A stretch of DNA of 62,943 nt, counting the filler, from Collodictyon triciliatum (lineage: Eukaryota), in NCBI GenBank assembly GCA_043381765.1. It is 4 parts of 4 records of this genome, joined end to end, with 100 filler letters (N's around TTAATTAATTAA, not from the genome) between each part and the next. Parts side by side here need not be neighbours in the genome. Positions count along the whole stretch, not along the records: positions 1 to 28,022 come from JBHJMP010000985.1; 3 more parts are not named here. One strand, written 5' to 3'. Every line of letters begins with the position of its first letter. Position 1 is the stretch's first letter. The translations under genes and the position numbers were made by a program. This document shows, piece after piece, positions 13,301 through 27,691 of this stretch. The notes under the pieces are model-generated. The model was not told where the DNA came from, did no database searches, and saw nothing but the letters and a program-made list of their open reading frames with translations.

Positions 13301-16300
13301 TATTCGAGTCGAAGATGTTCTGATATATTCTATTGGCCACAATATCAACTGATACATTACTGCATATTCATCACCACAACGAGTTATCCTATTTTCCGTC
13401 CTTTATCATTTTTTGTGAAGCTAAATAATCACTTTTCTAACGGTAATGCAGATGATTAGACTAGTCATCGAATGTTGTTACGAATGTTCGAGTACTGATT
13501 GCTGGGGTGATATGCTCACAATTATTTCAGTGAGTTTTTAAAATATCAAAAGCGTCCTGTGTGAATTTGATTTCATTTAAAAGCATTTTTCAATTGAGCA
13601 GCTATATTTTTCTTTATCATTACATAACAATTACAGGAAAATTCAAAATTTCCAATATTACTTATTCTTATCCTAATCCTAATCCTAATCCTAATCCTAA
13701 TCCTAATCCTAATCCTAATCCTAATCCTAATCCTAATCCTAATCCTAATCCTAATCCTAATCCTAATCCTAATCCTAATCCTAATCCTAGTCTTATTCCT
13801 TTTCCTATTACTTACCTCTCTTATCCCCAGTCTCTCCCGAAGCCTGGCGCAGATGAGACGTGTGAGGAGTTCATGTAATGGGTGACTATTTTACATAAAA
13901 GCAATAACTTCGCTATTAAATCTTGAAAAAAATTTAAATTAGAAAACTAGACATCGAAGCAAACCAATTGAAGGACAACGTCAACTCAGCCAGCGTTCTG
14001 AATAGATAGTATTTGCTTTATCACTTTCGCTTTTTCGATATAAAATATTCTAATATATTTCCTTCATTGTATTGAAGCAATTACAAGATGACACTGGGAG
14101 AGTTAAGGGCCATTACCAACGATGAGCAAAGCTCCAACATGCTCATTCGAAAATTTTCGAGACAGGTACGTCACATTTATCTTTTTCCTTTTGATTTTAC
14201 AAGTTGGGCATGAGGCTCTCATTCTCAAGATGTACATCTTAATCGAATAAACTCTAATTCTCTATTCCTTAAAATATGTCACCAATATTTCGTCTTGAAT
14301 CAAAAATTAGTATATTTCAAATCCGAAAGCTACCGAGCAGGACATCCAATATCTACTACAAATAATGCTCAAGCTTCATCCTTCTTTTCCTAGAATTGAG
14401 AAAAAGTTTATTTATGACGCTTACCTAGAGTCTCTCATATTCGCAGGCAGTAAGGGATTTCTTTTCCTCCTTTTTATCTTCATTGTAAATTTAATTGTGT
14501 GGGAATATTTACTTTTATTTCATCACCACATTACATGTGCCGATTTAAAATTCCGGTTATATATTTGAATTGAGCATTAATAAGCCAACAACGATCTATG
14601 CATTTAGAATTCAGTGCTGCAAGAAAATTTGTCTCCGATATGATCCGAACGGGAGCATTTATTGTAAATATTATATATGTAGTATGTTGATGGTTTTTCC
14701 CCTTCATTAGATTCGGTATCTAGTATGTTGATGTTGAAAATAAATTCAAGAAAGGCATGTGTACTTTTATGCCATTCCCTTTTTCTAATTTTTTTTTCAA
14801 TCAGAACTCTAACATGGTATTAAGACTTGCTCGCGACTATTTCAGCTCGTCATCAGATTCAAAAGACCCAGGAATGGAAATAGCCAAACAATGGTATGGT
14901 AGTATATACTTTATCATCTAGTTCCATTATGTACATCCACACCCGTTTCACCCTTGAGAAATGATTGTCTTTTGTATATCCCGAAAGACCTTACATGCGT
15001 ATAATCGAATAGCCTTCATTTGATTCCTGAGCTCCCTGAGAGCCAGGCCGAGTTACAATTGATAACAGGTAGGTATTTTTCAGATATAATGAGTCTCACA
15101 TCCTTTCATAATGAAGAAAAGATGAAATAGGCTTGTATTGCGAATTTTAGCATATTCTTTGCTCATATTGCCAACCTTAGCCGTAGAAATATTGGATGAG
15201 TTTGGATGCGATGTCCTCCCTATACAGGTTGTGAATAGGGAAAACAGATTGACACTAATCGAAGAGGCTCTTTCGTCTAAAAGGAACCCTGAGTAAGACT
15301 AAATGGTTCCATTTCTGACTATAATAGTGTTTTTTTTTTTATTATTATTATTTATAGTTTTTCCCTTTATTCGATACAAATTTATTACATTTATTTTTTG
15401 AAGCATTTGCGTAAATACTAGAATAATTATTCTATCTTTCTAACATTACGAGTACAGATTATACTTGGAAGATGAAAAATTAATGAGACTAGGAAGCTGT
15501 TTGGGACTCAATTCTTTGGAACAAAAGCATCACATTAAATTGCTCGCAGCTTCATGTGCTTTTCATCATATGGATTACGAAATGGTATGTACAAAAAGAA
15601 AAACTGGGGATTTTTTGAATGGATTTATGTATGAACTCATCAGTATTCACTTCGTCACAGTTGAATCCTACATAATGAATCCTTTTCTGTTTCGTCTGAT
15701 GGTGCCTAAATTTACTTACCATGCTGCATTCAAATAAAAGCGCTAACAAAATTCATTACAATACAAAGGCGTCAAAGTATTTGCAAGAGCTGACATTGCA
15801 AGATTTTGAACCATGTTGGAAATTGAGTATGGAGCTTGGATTTTGTGAGGATTTCAACCAATATTCTGACCGACATAAATTGGTTTGAATTTCTTTATTA
15901 TACCAGAAAATCGCTGTACAGTTTACATCATTTATCTTTCCTTATTACTATGTTTTTATGAACTTTATTTAGCTTTCTTTTTCGCTAAGCCATTGCGATG
16001 TCGATGACATCACCAGAATATTGAGAAAGGTCTTTAATATTGTCATTTCCTCTTCTTTTTTTCAAATTATACTGCTTAATCTTATACATGAATATGTGAT
16101 TTTTTTGTCGTTATTTATCTTGACTGATGCCATTCAGTTTCAGATTTATGCATCTATGTGTCTCTTTGTTCTCCAAATAATCTCTCACAAATTCATTCAG
16201 ATGGAGAATCTCTTTTGTATGATTGAGGTTTCAGCAGAATCTCTCGTCAGAAGTAAAGAAAAGGATGAATCAGAAGATTATTCGACTCGAAGTTTGCCTT

Positions 16301-19300
16301 TATTGGATATGTAGTCTAAAAATAATTCACTCTGTCTAATGTTTCAGTAATTTCATCTCAACTTTATGCGATTTTGAAAAGTAGGAGTTTTCGATGATAT
16401 CCGTAATGAGGAAGGCACGAATAGCAAAGAGGAAGAGTATTTTCTAACCCTAGTCATTTTCATTTCAAAGTCCAAATTTGAAGTTCACTACCCTGGTGGA
16501 CTTAATCTTGTGAGCAATATTCTATTTTGAAATTTAATGTTACTCTACTTATGTTGATGTTATATAAAAATATATGTGGGTTATTCTATTCCTTATCTTC
16601 TTTTTTTTTATATCTATTTATTTGTGAGAAACTGAGTATTATCGGGGTTTAGAGATAATAACGAATACAAGGTGCAAGAAAAGTTCATTTTTATCAAACA
16701 ATCGTAGCAAAAAAGCGTCAGAACACTCCCATTAGGTCGCTCTTCCTTCTCTGAAGAAGAGTTGGAAAAATTTCTAGATAATTATAGTCAAAGAAATCCC
16801 ACAACTGACGAACTACACGAAGCAAAGGCCAAAACAGCTCATATTATGGACTTATTTTCTTTCAATCCGTACCTGGTGGCACATACTATGACATACATCT
16901 CAAATAAAGGAATAGATATCCCAGCAAATCTGTACACGACATTTTGCTCGCAAATGATGCATATAAATCAGCCTCTATTCTTTGCGTCGACAACAACGCT
17001 CATTCAAGTATGTATATATCTTGTAATGTATGTATATAAATATTTACAAGGTCTTTGAGGATTGCCACGTAAACCAGATTGTCAAACCACTGAATCATCT
17101 AATTTATCACAGAATTACGGGGTGCATCATGCCATTATGCTCGTGGATAACGCAATCGAGGAAACACAGTCAAATACAGATAGCCTTCAGTTACTGATGA
17201 GGTCATCATGCTATATCGCGGCGTTGGCTTCAATCGTTAGTAGTTTTTCACAACACTCTGAAAATTTGGATTTAATCCAAGCAGGCAGTAGCCAATCTGA
17301 TGTGAGGTCCTTTGCAAGTTTTCACTCTGGTCTTCATGTTGGTGATATCCCAAGTCTATCCCCAACCGATGTCTACAGGGTTTACTTATCTGATTTTAGA
17401 AGGCGAGATGAATTCATGTTGAAATACGAACGCATACTGCATGGAATTTCATGCTTTGATGCCGAATCGGTATTTATTAATCATATGGATTAATATTTTG
17501 AACAAAGATTATCTTATAAAATGACATTTATTGGTTTTTAATTATTTTTTTTTTATGGTTGTTACAGAGGAGGTCACATAATGTGGACATGGCAAAATTT
17601 GTAACAAGCGAAAAATACAGGAAAGAAACGGCATTTCGATTGGCGAGGTGATCTTCATTTTCTTGCTGTCCATGAACAATTAAATCATTATCTATGAGGA
17701 GTTGAGTTTAAAATAGTACACTTTTTTTTTTTTTTTGCAAAAAGAAGAAAAAAACCAAAATAAATACCACTTTTATTATTTGATTAAAGGTCGTCATCTC
17801 CCCAAGATTTTGAACGCGCAATATCGATGGGAAGGTCCAACGGAATACCAGACATAGAAGTTTACTGCGAGCACATAAAATGGCTTTTTGCTAATCGCGC
17901 TGATACAACTATAATCGATAAGTTCACATCAAAAGCCCGCGGTACTTTGCTTGAACACAAAAGCCAATTTGGTCGTGCAGCTCATCAACGCATATACCCA
18001 GTGGTATGAGCATATGAATGAAGTTTATTTCCTGCTATGAGTTTTTCCCCCTAATTAATGAAGAAAAATAGGATACATTTTGTGTTCACAGATAATATTT
18101 GTACATAACTGTGGATCTGATTTATGATCAATCTCAAGGTTTCTGGGACTGATGTCAACATTTTCATCAAATTTATCGAAATATGCATCGAATATACTAC
18201 CGATTCTGCTGTTTTTTTCACGGATTTGACTGGGGTGGTAAGTGCTTGAATCTTTATTGAATTCTTTAGTTTAGAAATAATTGAATGACTAGAAAATGGG
18301 GTTGTTTTTTTTTTTTTAAAAAAAAAATAAAAAAGAATATGGCACTTTTCATAGGAAATCGATGTTGAAGATATTCAGCTTTTTAAAGCATTAGCCATGA
18401 TTCTCCCTGGTATTGATATGAAAGCTTTTCTTAGCCATGTTAGTATTTCTCACCACTCACCATCTCAAAAATTTTAAGCATTACAAAAACGGGACTCTGT
18501 TATCTTAAAAAAACTGAACGCAATATACATATATTTTTAAAAATTACCTCCTGTTTTTTCCCCTCTCTTCCGTCCCCGTTACTGAACAGCCAATGGAAGA
18601 GCTAGTTCGGTGCGCCACTTTGGATTCGGTCGGGGATATACACACGACTATAATAGGGTAGCTATCTCGATGAATGCTTATGATACGAAAATGAGTTCAT
18701 AATCTCATATTTTTGGAAATTGTTTTTGTTTGAACCCCCCCTTTTTTTTTTTATTTTTATTTTTTTATTTACTATTATTCCTTCAGAGTACCGAAATTCA
18801 AGTCCAGGATTAGTTTTAGTGGTATGAGTATTCGATTGATTGAAAAATGGATTCAAGAGAAGACCCAGCGGTAAAATCTTTGTTTTTGCACATCATACAC
18901 AAGGGATTTTGCAAATGAATGACGTAATTCACCATTAGTTAGATCTCTCTTAAATGAGTTTCTTTTTTTTGGTTCAGATCGGCGTTGCCCGTTATGGCAA
19001 ACCATCCAGCTTTCCAGTTCGTCACCACGACAGATTTTGTAGTTTTGTGTGAAAAGCTAGAACATGTTTGTAGCTAAAAAAAAAAAAAAATTCCATGCTT
19101 TTATCCCTTCAATATAATTTTTTTTTTTAATGTCTGAGAGACAAATTTCAGTTCAACTATGATTATTATTATAATTATTAATTAATGAATTAATTAAACA
19201 AGGTACAATTAACTAATCTTGATGACAGGAAAAAGTCCCAGTCGATCTTAAAACACCGATTTTATCGTTTCTCATGGACGTCGTGTATTCAAATGTAACA

Positions 19301-22300
19301 ATAGTTGAGCCTTTTATGATTGTATATTTATTCTATTTTTATTCTCCGATATCTAAGTTTGTTTGTTGATAGTGTACTGTTCTATCATTTTGCGGTTCCA
19401 TTTTGGCTTTATGCATGATTAGCCATTTCTGAGAAAAAATTGTTTATTGGTATCATTTCAAATATAACCTTGCAGCAACAAACAGCAAAGTCCGATAGCC
19501 AAAGTGCCGAATTTCGCCACAAAGAAAAGGTCCATCTTCGCTCACCTGCACTTATTCATTTGTCATTTTCTCATCTTCATTTATTTATAAATTTATATTT
19601 TATGTTTTTATGTTTTTATGTTCTATGTTTTTATGTTTTTATGTTTTTAAGTATTTACTCTTTTTGTCCTTTTGTCCTTTTGTCCTTTTGTCCTTTTGTC
19701 CTTTTGTCCTTTTGTCCTTTTGTCCTTTTGTCCTTTTGTCCTTTTGTCCTTTTGTCCTTTTGTTCATTTCTTCTAATTTTTTCTTTAAATGATTATGTCA
19801 AACATATATATGAAGCAAAACATATGTAGGAGAATGCCACATATTCGTAATATATCCTGATTAGACTTAACTCGATTGGCCACAGGTCCATCAAAGGTCG
19901 ATAAAGATACTATCTCACATGGCAGAATCAGTTTTTTGTTCTGATAACAAGTTGCTCAACAGTTTTGAAAATGCCATTATGACAGAGGATAAGGTGCTTA
20001 GTAAAAAAAAAAAAAAAAAAGCTAGATTTTCAATTTTAACCAATAAAAATAGAAAATTGGGAATGCATTCATCAAATATATCTATTCATATACATTTCTA
20101 AAATGAAAGGATGAAGCAGCTAAAATCCTTTATGAGTTGGCCGAATCATTTTTATCAATCAACACGATGTCGCTCATCCTTGACATATGGAGTCCATTCT
20201 CGGATGAGCATGATTCTGTCCATGAAAACGAAAGTGTGAACCATGATGCCATTTTATGTGATATTTACATGGATGCAGTGAGCTCAGTTATGTCCAAGTG
20301 TGTACCCCCTGAGTAAGTTGAATTTATTCCCTAATCCTACCCTTTTCCAATAATCTGTCCCAATATTTTGAAGAAAAACTCTAAACCTCTAAATTTCTTC
20401 ATGTCCAACTCCTTACCTAGATTTGATGGAATCATCGAAAATTTACACAAATTCTTGAGAGCAATATCTGGCGTTGATGGTTTTACTACTTTTTTTTTTT
20501 TTAATTAATCCCACATAATTTCGTTGGCGTCATTATCTTTCCCTTGTAAATCAGTATGCGACACTACTAATACGCTTTCATTATTTTAATAGAAATCACT
20601 TCAAAAAAGTTTTCAGATGGAATCATATTGTTTGCAAAAGATAATGACGTCCCCCTAAGAACTCGTAAAGAAATAGCAAATATTTTGATAGAGTATTTCC
20701 CAGCGTTAAAAGGCGCATTGCATGTAATACTTGGAGTCCTATCGCTCGTCTTCATTATAACAGATATATTTCATGAAAATTCAATATGACTGCGATATTG
20801 CTTCAATTAATGACCCACGAAACTGATTCATATTTTTCCAACATTTCTATTGCGCAGGAAGAAATACGGAGCCTGCGCCTATCTGAATTCCAGAAAATTG
20901 TATTTGACATGTGGGGTATTCGTGTGCGTATCATATAATAGTTTTTCCATAGAGCAACGCATACCATCAAATGTGTACATTTCAGACGTGAAGTTGTGAT
21001 GAGATAAAGTACCCCTTTTTAAGAAATTTTAATAATTCAATAATAAATTGTGTTAAAAAGGTTGACTCCGCTGAAATCAAAGAAACCGAGAAGCGCTTTC
21101 AGTATTTCGAATTTTTGTTGGGAAAGTCTGACTCCCGTCATTTCCCTTTCTTGACCAAAATATTGATCGACTGGGAAGTCTTGGAAATCAGACCCGAGCA
21201 AATTGTCGCTATAAAAGGACTTTGGAAGTCGCTCTTGAGCTTCAGTCTAAAAAAGAGTGACAGGCAGTGGATGATATATATGAGAAAAAGACCAATCTGG
21301 GATGAAGAGGTTTAGTTGTGCTAATGTTATACCAACATTTTCGGTGCTAGCGAATACATTAAAATTATACGTTTCCCTATTTTTCAACATCTAGTGCCTA
21401 TCGATACGCTCAGATTTTGAGATAATATATATTCTTTTTGTTACCAATTAAATTGACATGTCTTTTATAGTATGACATGGGTTTAATTGACCAACTCAGC
21501 ACTTCGGGACACCACGACGAAATGCTTTGCTGCGGGATGCTTTCAAATCACACCACTGTTCGAGAAAAAACATTGGATATCTTTATTCGTATGTCCTTTA
21601 TAGCAAATCAAAAATATGGATATTATTTCCATTGTTTCAAAAAGAAGTTACATGATAATATTATAATATCGGTGCATACAAAAGAAATAAAAGAAGGAAA
21701 ATCAAAGTCATATTTGTGGTATGTGTTGATATACAGCCACTATTATCATACGGTCTAATTCTTTCCCTCTCGCTGTGATTATATAGCGCACATTCAAGCA
21801 CACCCAAACACAAAAGTGACATTCGACTTTGATCTCATGGAATCTATCGTGAACCACAATGCTGCCCAGAGATTTTGCATGCCTTGTATTTGGTCTCGTA
21901 TTTCTCGGTATTTCCGATACAGCGACCAACCACAGGCAGCACAAAAGGCACAGACATCACACCAGTCAACCCCAACCGACACTTTAACGCGCCTTCGTCT
22001 CCAATACTCTTTTGCAAGTCACAACGCACCAGAGTCTGCACACAACACAACACATGCAGAACCGCCACAAACACAAACAAGGCACCTTTACCACCGCCAA
22101 ATCCTGGGCTTCCTTGTGCAGTTGGTGATATCCCATCGAATCACCCACGCAACGATGCTCCACGCCGAATGGGCCAGAATTCCACATCTCCTAAGAACCA
22201 CTGTGGGTACGCAACTAGCTCTTCTCGGTTTCCTGGATTCGAGTCTGAGCCAAATCCAAAAGAACCAAAAAGGCGATTTGGGACACTTGCCAATGCATTC

Positions 22301-22358
22301 TCTGGCAGAGTCTGTGCAAATCATGAAAAGAACTTGCTCTGCAGTGCTTTCTGTCTGA
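7338..22358 (+). CDS. NBAS: NBAS/Sec39 (NRZ tethering complex subunit), roughly 55-60 exons
   Basis: Spliced exons give, in NBAS order: PLDPQPQLRKVAISPCS, YEEALALSNDFGFSQDLIFKKRW, YLDEVSDKPWVLRECAKRV..MRKLLEYGI, FLEILSSIPET.NPYDYKFLLP, WYIERAFQIDERSGQ, LVIECCYEC, LSFSLSHC. The start (ATG 7338 spliced to 7613, or ATG 7625) is uncertain. Last exon 21787-22358. Confidence 0.9.
13671..13789 (+). repeat. (TCCTAA)n hexamer array, ~20 copies, telomere-like (TTAGGA on minus strand), in an NBAS intron
   Basis: Directly visible perfect array. Confidence 0.95.
19598..19762 (+). repeat. Adjacent 8-bp repeats (TTTTTATG)n then (TTTTGTCC)n in an NBAS intron
   Basis: Directly visible. Confidence 0.9.
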
Positions 22359-22604
22359 GATTCGACACATAAAGATTTAGTCGCCGGGATAGAAAATCTT
22401 GGATGTGAATTCACACGAAGAGCTGAGAGTTTGTGAAACTTGTTGGTTTACGAAAGAGTACTTGGTTGCTCCGGGATGCCCTTTTATTTTTACATTCGAT
22501 TTTGGTTTGCTTTGCATCTTTTTTTCTTTCTTTTCAACAGTTTATTGAGAGAAAACAAAGCCGAGGAAACCGCCTTCGCCATGCTTTGCATCTTTTTATT
22601 ATTG

Positions 22605-25335
22605 TTATTCCTTGTATGTAATGATAAAGTCTGTGATGGACTTGTCTTGGGCTTCGTCGCGTGGTGCACATTCTAAATGACTGGGTCTGTCTGTTTGCCC
22701 GAAAGAACGCAGAGTCGGCGGCATCGGCGCTTTGGAGTGGGCGCTCGCACGGAGAATCTTTTTGCAATAGACGCAGTTTGCAGAAAAGAGGCTTCTGTGA
22801 CTCTCGATAAATACCTGTTTCATTATTATTTTTATCTACAAAAGTCATCATCGCGATTATACCAGTATTTATAGTCAAATGTATAAATGGATGAAAAAAT
22901 ATATTACACATTTGTAGCCGAGCAGTAAAGGAGGAAAAGTGCAAGGTTATGTATTGTGAGATAAAAGAATATGTGTGGGTGTTTTGGTGGAGACACATTT
23001 CGAGATAAAACGATTCAGCTCTAGTTGTAGCATTAGCATCATGTATATGTGTTGGATTTATGGAAAGTTTACCAGGACGCAGTGAAAAATTCCTTTTGCA
23101 GCGTGCTTCGATACAGATGAAATATGTTGGATTGCGTTGTCATTCAAGCATGAGAAAAATGGCGAGTTTGTGGACTTTGCTTTTGACTGTGGCATCATGT
23201 AAGGAATGAAATAATGAAAAATCAGTATTGGTCCATTAGAACGATTCAAATATTCCTGGTGAGGCCTGCATAATAGTGAGACTATTTTATTTATTTTTTT
23301 GTTGTTGTTTTTGTTGTTGTTACCCTTATATATTTCCTTTCAATGAATAAGTTATAAGGATGTTGTGTTTATCTCCTACGAAAATTGTTGCCGTGGTATG
23401 GTTGAATCATTCAAAAATTATATAAACGTTTCCTGATTACCAAGGGAGTGAATCTTATGAAGTCAACACTGATAAATTCTGATGAAAGGTCGAAAGAAAT
23501 GGTGGCCTCTAGAATGAATGGAAGCGTGAACTAAAACAAACAATAATAATTAAGACGTAAAAGGCATCAGATGGGAAAATATAAATTCATGTAATCACAC
23601 TTAAAAAAAAAAAAGAGGAAGTGAATATCAGGGAATATAAGTGGTGTGACATCTGTTGTGGCACATATTATATATTTTAAAAAAAATAAGCACAAATTAA
23701 TCATTCAGGAGATAAGAGTTTCAAATCTATTTATCAATCGGTTGTGTGAACCTTGACGAGTGCGGATGTGGCTCTCCTTTTTGTGACCTCTGCAACCATG
23801 TCTTTTTTTGCATTTACCTCGTCGATATAGTCATCAAACTTGCTGATGAGTAAGAGTATTATTGAATAAGAAAAGCGTGACTCTTGCTTCCTTTCCCTCA
23901 CAACATAATGTAATCTACTATTCCATCAACTATACGAATCAGAGAGTGGCTTGAATACAAAGGGAGGGGATGGTGATTGTGTCGGCTAGCTCGGTTGTGT
24001 TATGTTTGATTATCATCGATATTTTTGAAATAAAAAATACCTTGACTTGCTTTCTGGGATTGACAAGGTAATAGTTTTCCCTTCTTTGCGGATGCACTGT
24101 CTTTTTGAAGCGTTGCGTAATTCATCAGCCGTTGAAAGATTTCTGAGAATGGATGTTTTTGGTAAGTGCCCAACATGCATAAGGCCAAGTATGAGAAAAA
24201 GAAACAGGTCGATTGATGACATTTTAATTCATCAGTCATTTTTTACATATCTACTTCATCAATCATTAATATGCATATTGTCTTTTGATTGATAAATTGT
24301 GTCATTCATATACCTTGCTAAGGTCCCCATCTTTCTTATATGGCTGAATTTCATTTCTTGTGTTTCATAATCATTCAGTTTACTGGATAGGTTGGGAATG
24401 CGACCTATTTGCGAACTAACGAGAGGATCAATGATAAAACAGAAATACGCAAAATATTGGACATGAAAAATTGGAATGGACATCGCAAAAGTCATAAAAG
24501 AGTAGGAAACCAAATAAATATTTCAAGAAAAAACAATAAATTGATTGATTGAGCTTAAAAGAAATAGAAGCTAAAATTAAAAAAATAAAATGGGAAATGA
24601 ATAGATTGTATTCATATATGTATTTAATTGTTTGCATACATAAAACTATCCACAAGGACCGATGGCCTGAGCTCGCCTATGATATGAACGAAGATATTGA
24701 GGGAAATTCATTACATACAAATTCCTTTGAATCAGGTATGGGTCATTTTATCTGAAAACGTTTACTCGAACGGAGCTCTGCATTTATTTCGGCCATTTCT
24801 TTGGATTTCTTTTCGATTTGCTTCATCGTTTCCTGAAAATTCTCTGTAGATATCAAACACAATAAAAAAAATAATTAAAAAAGCACTGGACATATGTTAA
24901 AGAAAAGGGGATACTATGATAAAAAAAAAACCTGTTTGTTCTGTAAAGACACTCAAAAGTAAGAATCAAAACAATAATTGTTCTTTTTTTTTTTTTTGTT
25001 TTTTTGTTTTGTTTTGTTTTTGTTTCGTTAGTTTTTTGTTAGTTTTTTTTTTAGTTTTTTTAGAAAAGTAGCTCACCTGGAGAGACATCTTTGAACAATT
25101 CTACTCCGACATGCGGTCCACCAGCGCTCTTAATAGACAAAAAAGATGGTACATAAAGAGAGAACACGACAGCGAACAAATGAAAGTGAATAAATGATTG
25201 AAGCCCGAGCACAGCAACAACAAGGCAAATAGAGACTCGTACGAAGTCTGAAGCCCGCCTGAGAAACTGAGCAGCAATGTCGGGCCTCAAAGGCTGCACC
25301 TGGCTTTGAGCCACTCGGCCGCCCTGAGGATTCAT
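22605..25335 (-). CDS. MED27: Mediator subunit 27-like (about 9 exons)
   Basis: ATG 25335 (MNPQGG). The last exon VFIESHRSLFSANCVYCKKIL...PMPPTLRSF...HLEC matches the MED27 C-terminal Zn motif (LF..PC..C.K.L...PPT.R.F....H..C). The intermediate exons splice in frame. Confidence 0.75.
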
Positions 25336-25948
25336 CCTGTGGAGCACAAAAATAAAACAATAAGAAAAAACAAGAACGAAAAGAAAGTAAGAAGAAAAAC
25401 ACAAACAATAAGAAAATAAAAAAATAATCAAAAACAAAAAAAAATAAAAATAAAAACAGAGTAGTCGATTAACTACTTATTCAACTCAGATCTGCCAGTA
25501 AAACGCAAGAGAGGTCGGCCACTTTGTCCACACAAACAGTTTTATTGCAACGCTCTGCCGCCTTAATCCTGCGAACACAAACGCCGAGCAAACATCCAGA
25601 CAGAAGCCAACAGCAGGACGCGCATCAAAACATCAGAGACAGAGAGAGAGAGAGAGGGAGAGGAAGAGAAAACGCGCAAGAGAAAACTCGACAAAAAATA
25701 AAAGAAAAAGAAAAGAAGCCAAAAGAAGCAAGTAAGCAAGCAAGCGAGATAGCAGCAGCAGCAGCAGCAACAGAGTGAGTCATGCAAAAACAGAAGCGAC
25801 TGCCACAGATGGGCAGCGCAGAGACATTAGATTCCGCGGCATCAGCCCAGCACAAAGAGGAAGAGGAAGGGCGGGTGAAGAAAAAGAACAGAAAAAGTAG
25901 AAGAAAAAAAACAAACAAATCATATTGATATGAAAAGACTAGAGTAGA

Positions 25949-27251
25949 CTAGACAGCGCAGTCAGACTTGTGCTTCCTGGCCTTTTCGCCCGCCTCGCCC
26001 TTGACCCTGGAGTAGTAGAAGGCGCCGAAGATGGAGAGGGCGATGCCGAGGCCGTTGAGAGGGGAGATGAGGTTGCCGAAGTAGATGACAGACGCGACAA
26101 TCACAAAGACGCGCTTGAGCGTGCCGGCCACGGAGTAGGTGAGGGGTGCGACCCAGGACATGACGACGAAGGCAAGGATATTCTGCCCGTAGTACGCAAG
26201 CGCATTCACAAGCAGCAGCGACCACGCCTGGTGGAAACGCACGGGCTGCGCCATCAGCGCAAAGAAGAGGTCGGCCTCCCACACGGCCCACAGCGGCAGC
26301 ACGCACAGAAACGCGGCTATGCTCATGTTTGTCTGCAGCTGCATCGGGTGCAGCCGCCGCGTGCGGAAGATGTGCTTGGATGCAATCTGCTGGCTGCTGA
26401 GGATGAAGGTGGAGAGCAGCGCAGCCGCAAAGCCCTCCATGTCAAAGTCATGCTCCGTCAGACTTGCAAGCATCACGCCCACAATGATTGGAATCAGTGC
26501 TGTGTACACGCGTCGGCTGTATGATTCCCGCAGCCAAACTCGGGCGAGAATCACCGTGAAGATCGGCCCGGTGGACTGTGTTGAATGTGGGTGAGGAGAC
26601 TTGTTTTTGTTGTTGTGATTTATGTGATTGATGTGATTGGTGTGATTGGTGTGATTGATGTGATTGGTGTGATTGATGTGATTAATGTGATTGGTGTGAT
26701 TGGTGTGATTGGTGTGATTGGTGTGATTGATGTGATTGATGTGACTGTGCTATGATTGAAACCTTGACAGTGTGCGTAAAGGACACGGGCACGCGCTCCA
26801 AGCTGACTTGGCTGAGGATGTTGGAAAAGGCATAGCCCAGCCCCAGGGGCAGGAACGTCAGAATCCAGTCGGACAGAGAGACAAACGAGATGGGGGCTGA
26901 GCCTTGGCCTTGGCCTTGGCTTGAGCTTTGGCTGTGGCTGTGGCTGTGGCCTCTCAAGTGCTGCGTGCATTTCAGCATGGTCAGGCCGATCAGCGCGCTG
27001 CCCCCAAACTGGCTGATCGGCAGCGTGATGGGCAGATCAATGACCTGCAGGAAGGACTTGTTGATGATGTTCGTGGTCATGGAGCTTCCATACCAGATGA
27101 AGATGCACAAAAGCACAACGCCAAAGTTTGGATTGGGATCGTCTGGTTGGCTGTTGAGAGAAGAAGCGCCGCTGTGTTGTGTGGGATCGGACGGCTGACG
27201 AGTGGTCAACGTGCTTGTGTGCGTGTTTGCCTGAGCCTTTGGCGTTTGCAT
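25949..27251 (-). CDS. SLC35E1-like triose-phosphate/nucleotide-sugar transporter (2 exons)
   Basis: Exons 27251-26763 and 26575-25949: IWYGSS...IINK, SQVSLERVPVSFTHTVK|STGPIF, LIPIIVGVMLAS.TE, PLTYSVAGTLKRVFVI. Confidence 0.92.
26622..26743 (-). repeat. 9-bp tandem repeat (ATCACACCA/ATCACATCA)n in the transporter intron
   Basis: Directly visible; related to the 3758-3932 array. Confidence 0.95.
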
Positions 27252-27691
27252 TTGGTGGCTGGGCGCGGATCCCTGTGAGAAGGCAGACTGGTACGGTCAC
27301 ACAAACACAAACACAAACACAAACACAAACACAAACACGAAGAACAAAGCACAATACCCACCTCGACATAAAAGACAATCAGTACGAGAGAATATAGAAT
27401 GATAACAACGACTAAAGAAAAAGGAGGAGAGTTATGGCGCACAATGTCTGAGGAGCTGCCTACTCGGCAAAGAGCAGAGCAACCACCGCCGGCGAGTTCA
27501 GAGGATATCCCCACACACAAGGAAGCAAGCAAGCAGGCAGCCAGATCAAAGAAAACTTGCGGTCTACCGCGTTGCGTTTGGAGATGAATCAGCATCCCAA
27601 CCTTTGCATAATACACCCGCTTCTGCTTCCATCACGCTCCGCGCCGCGTGTTTCCGATGTTTTCAAACACCGATTCTGCAGGGCTCCAGCG

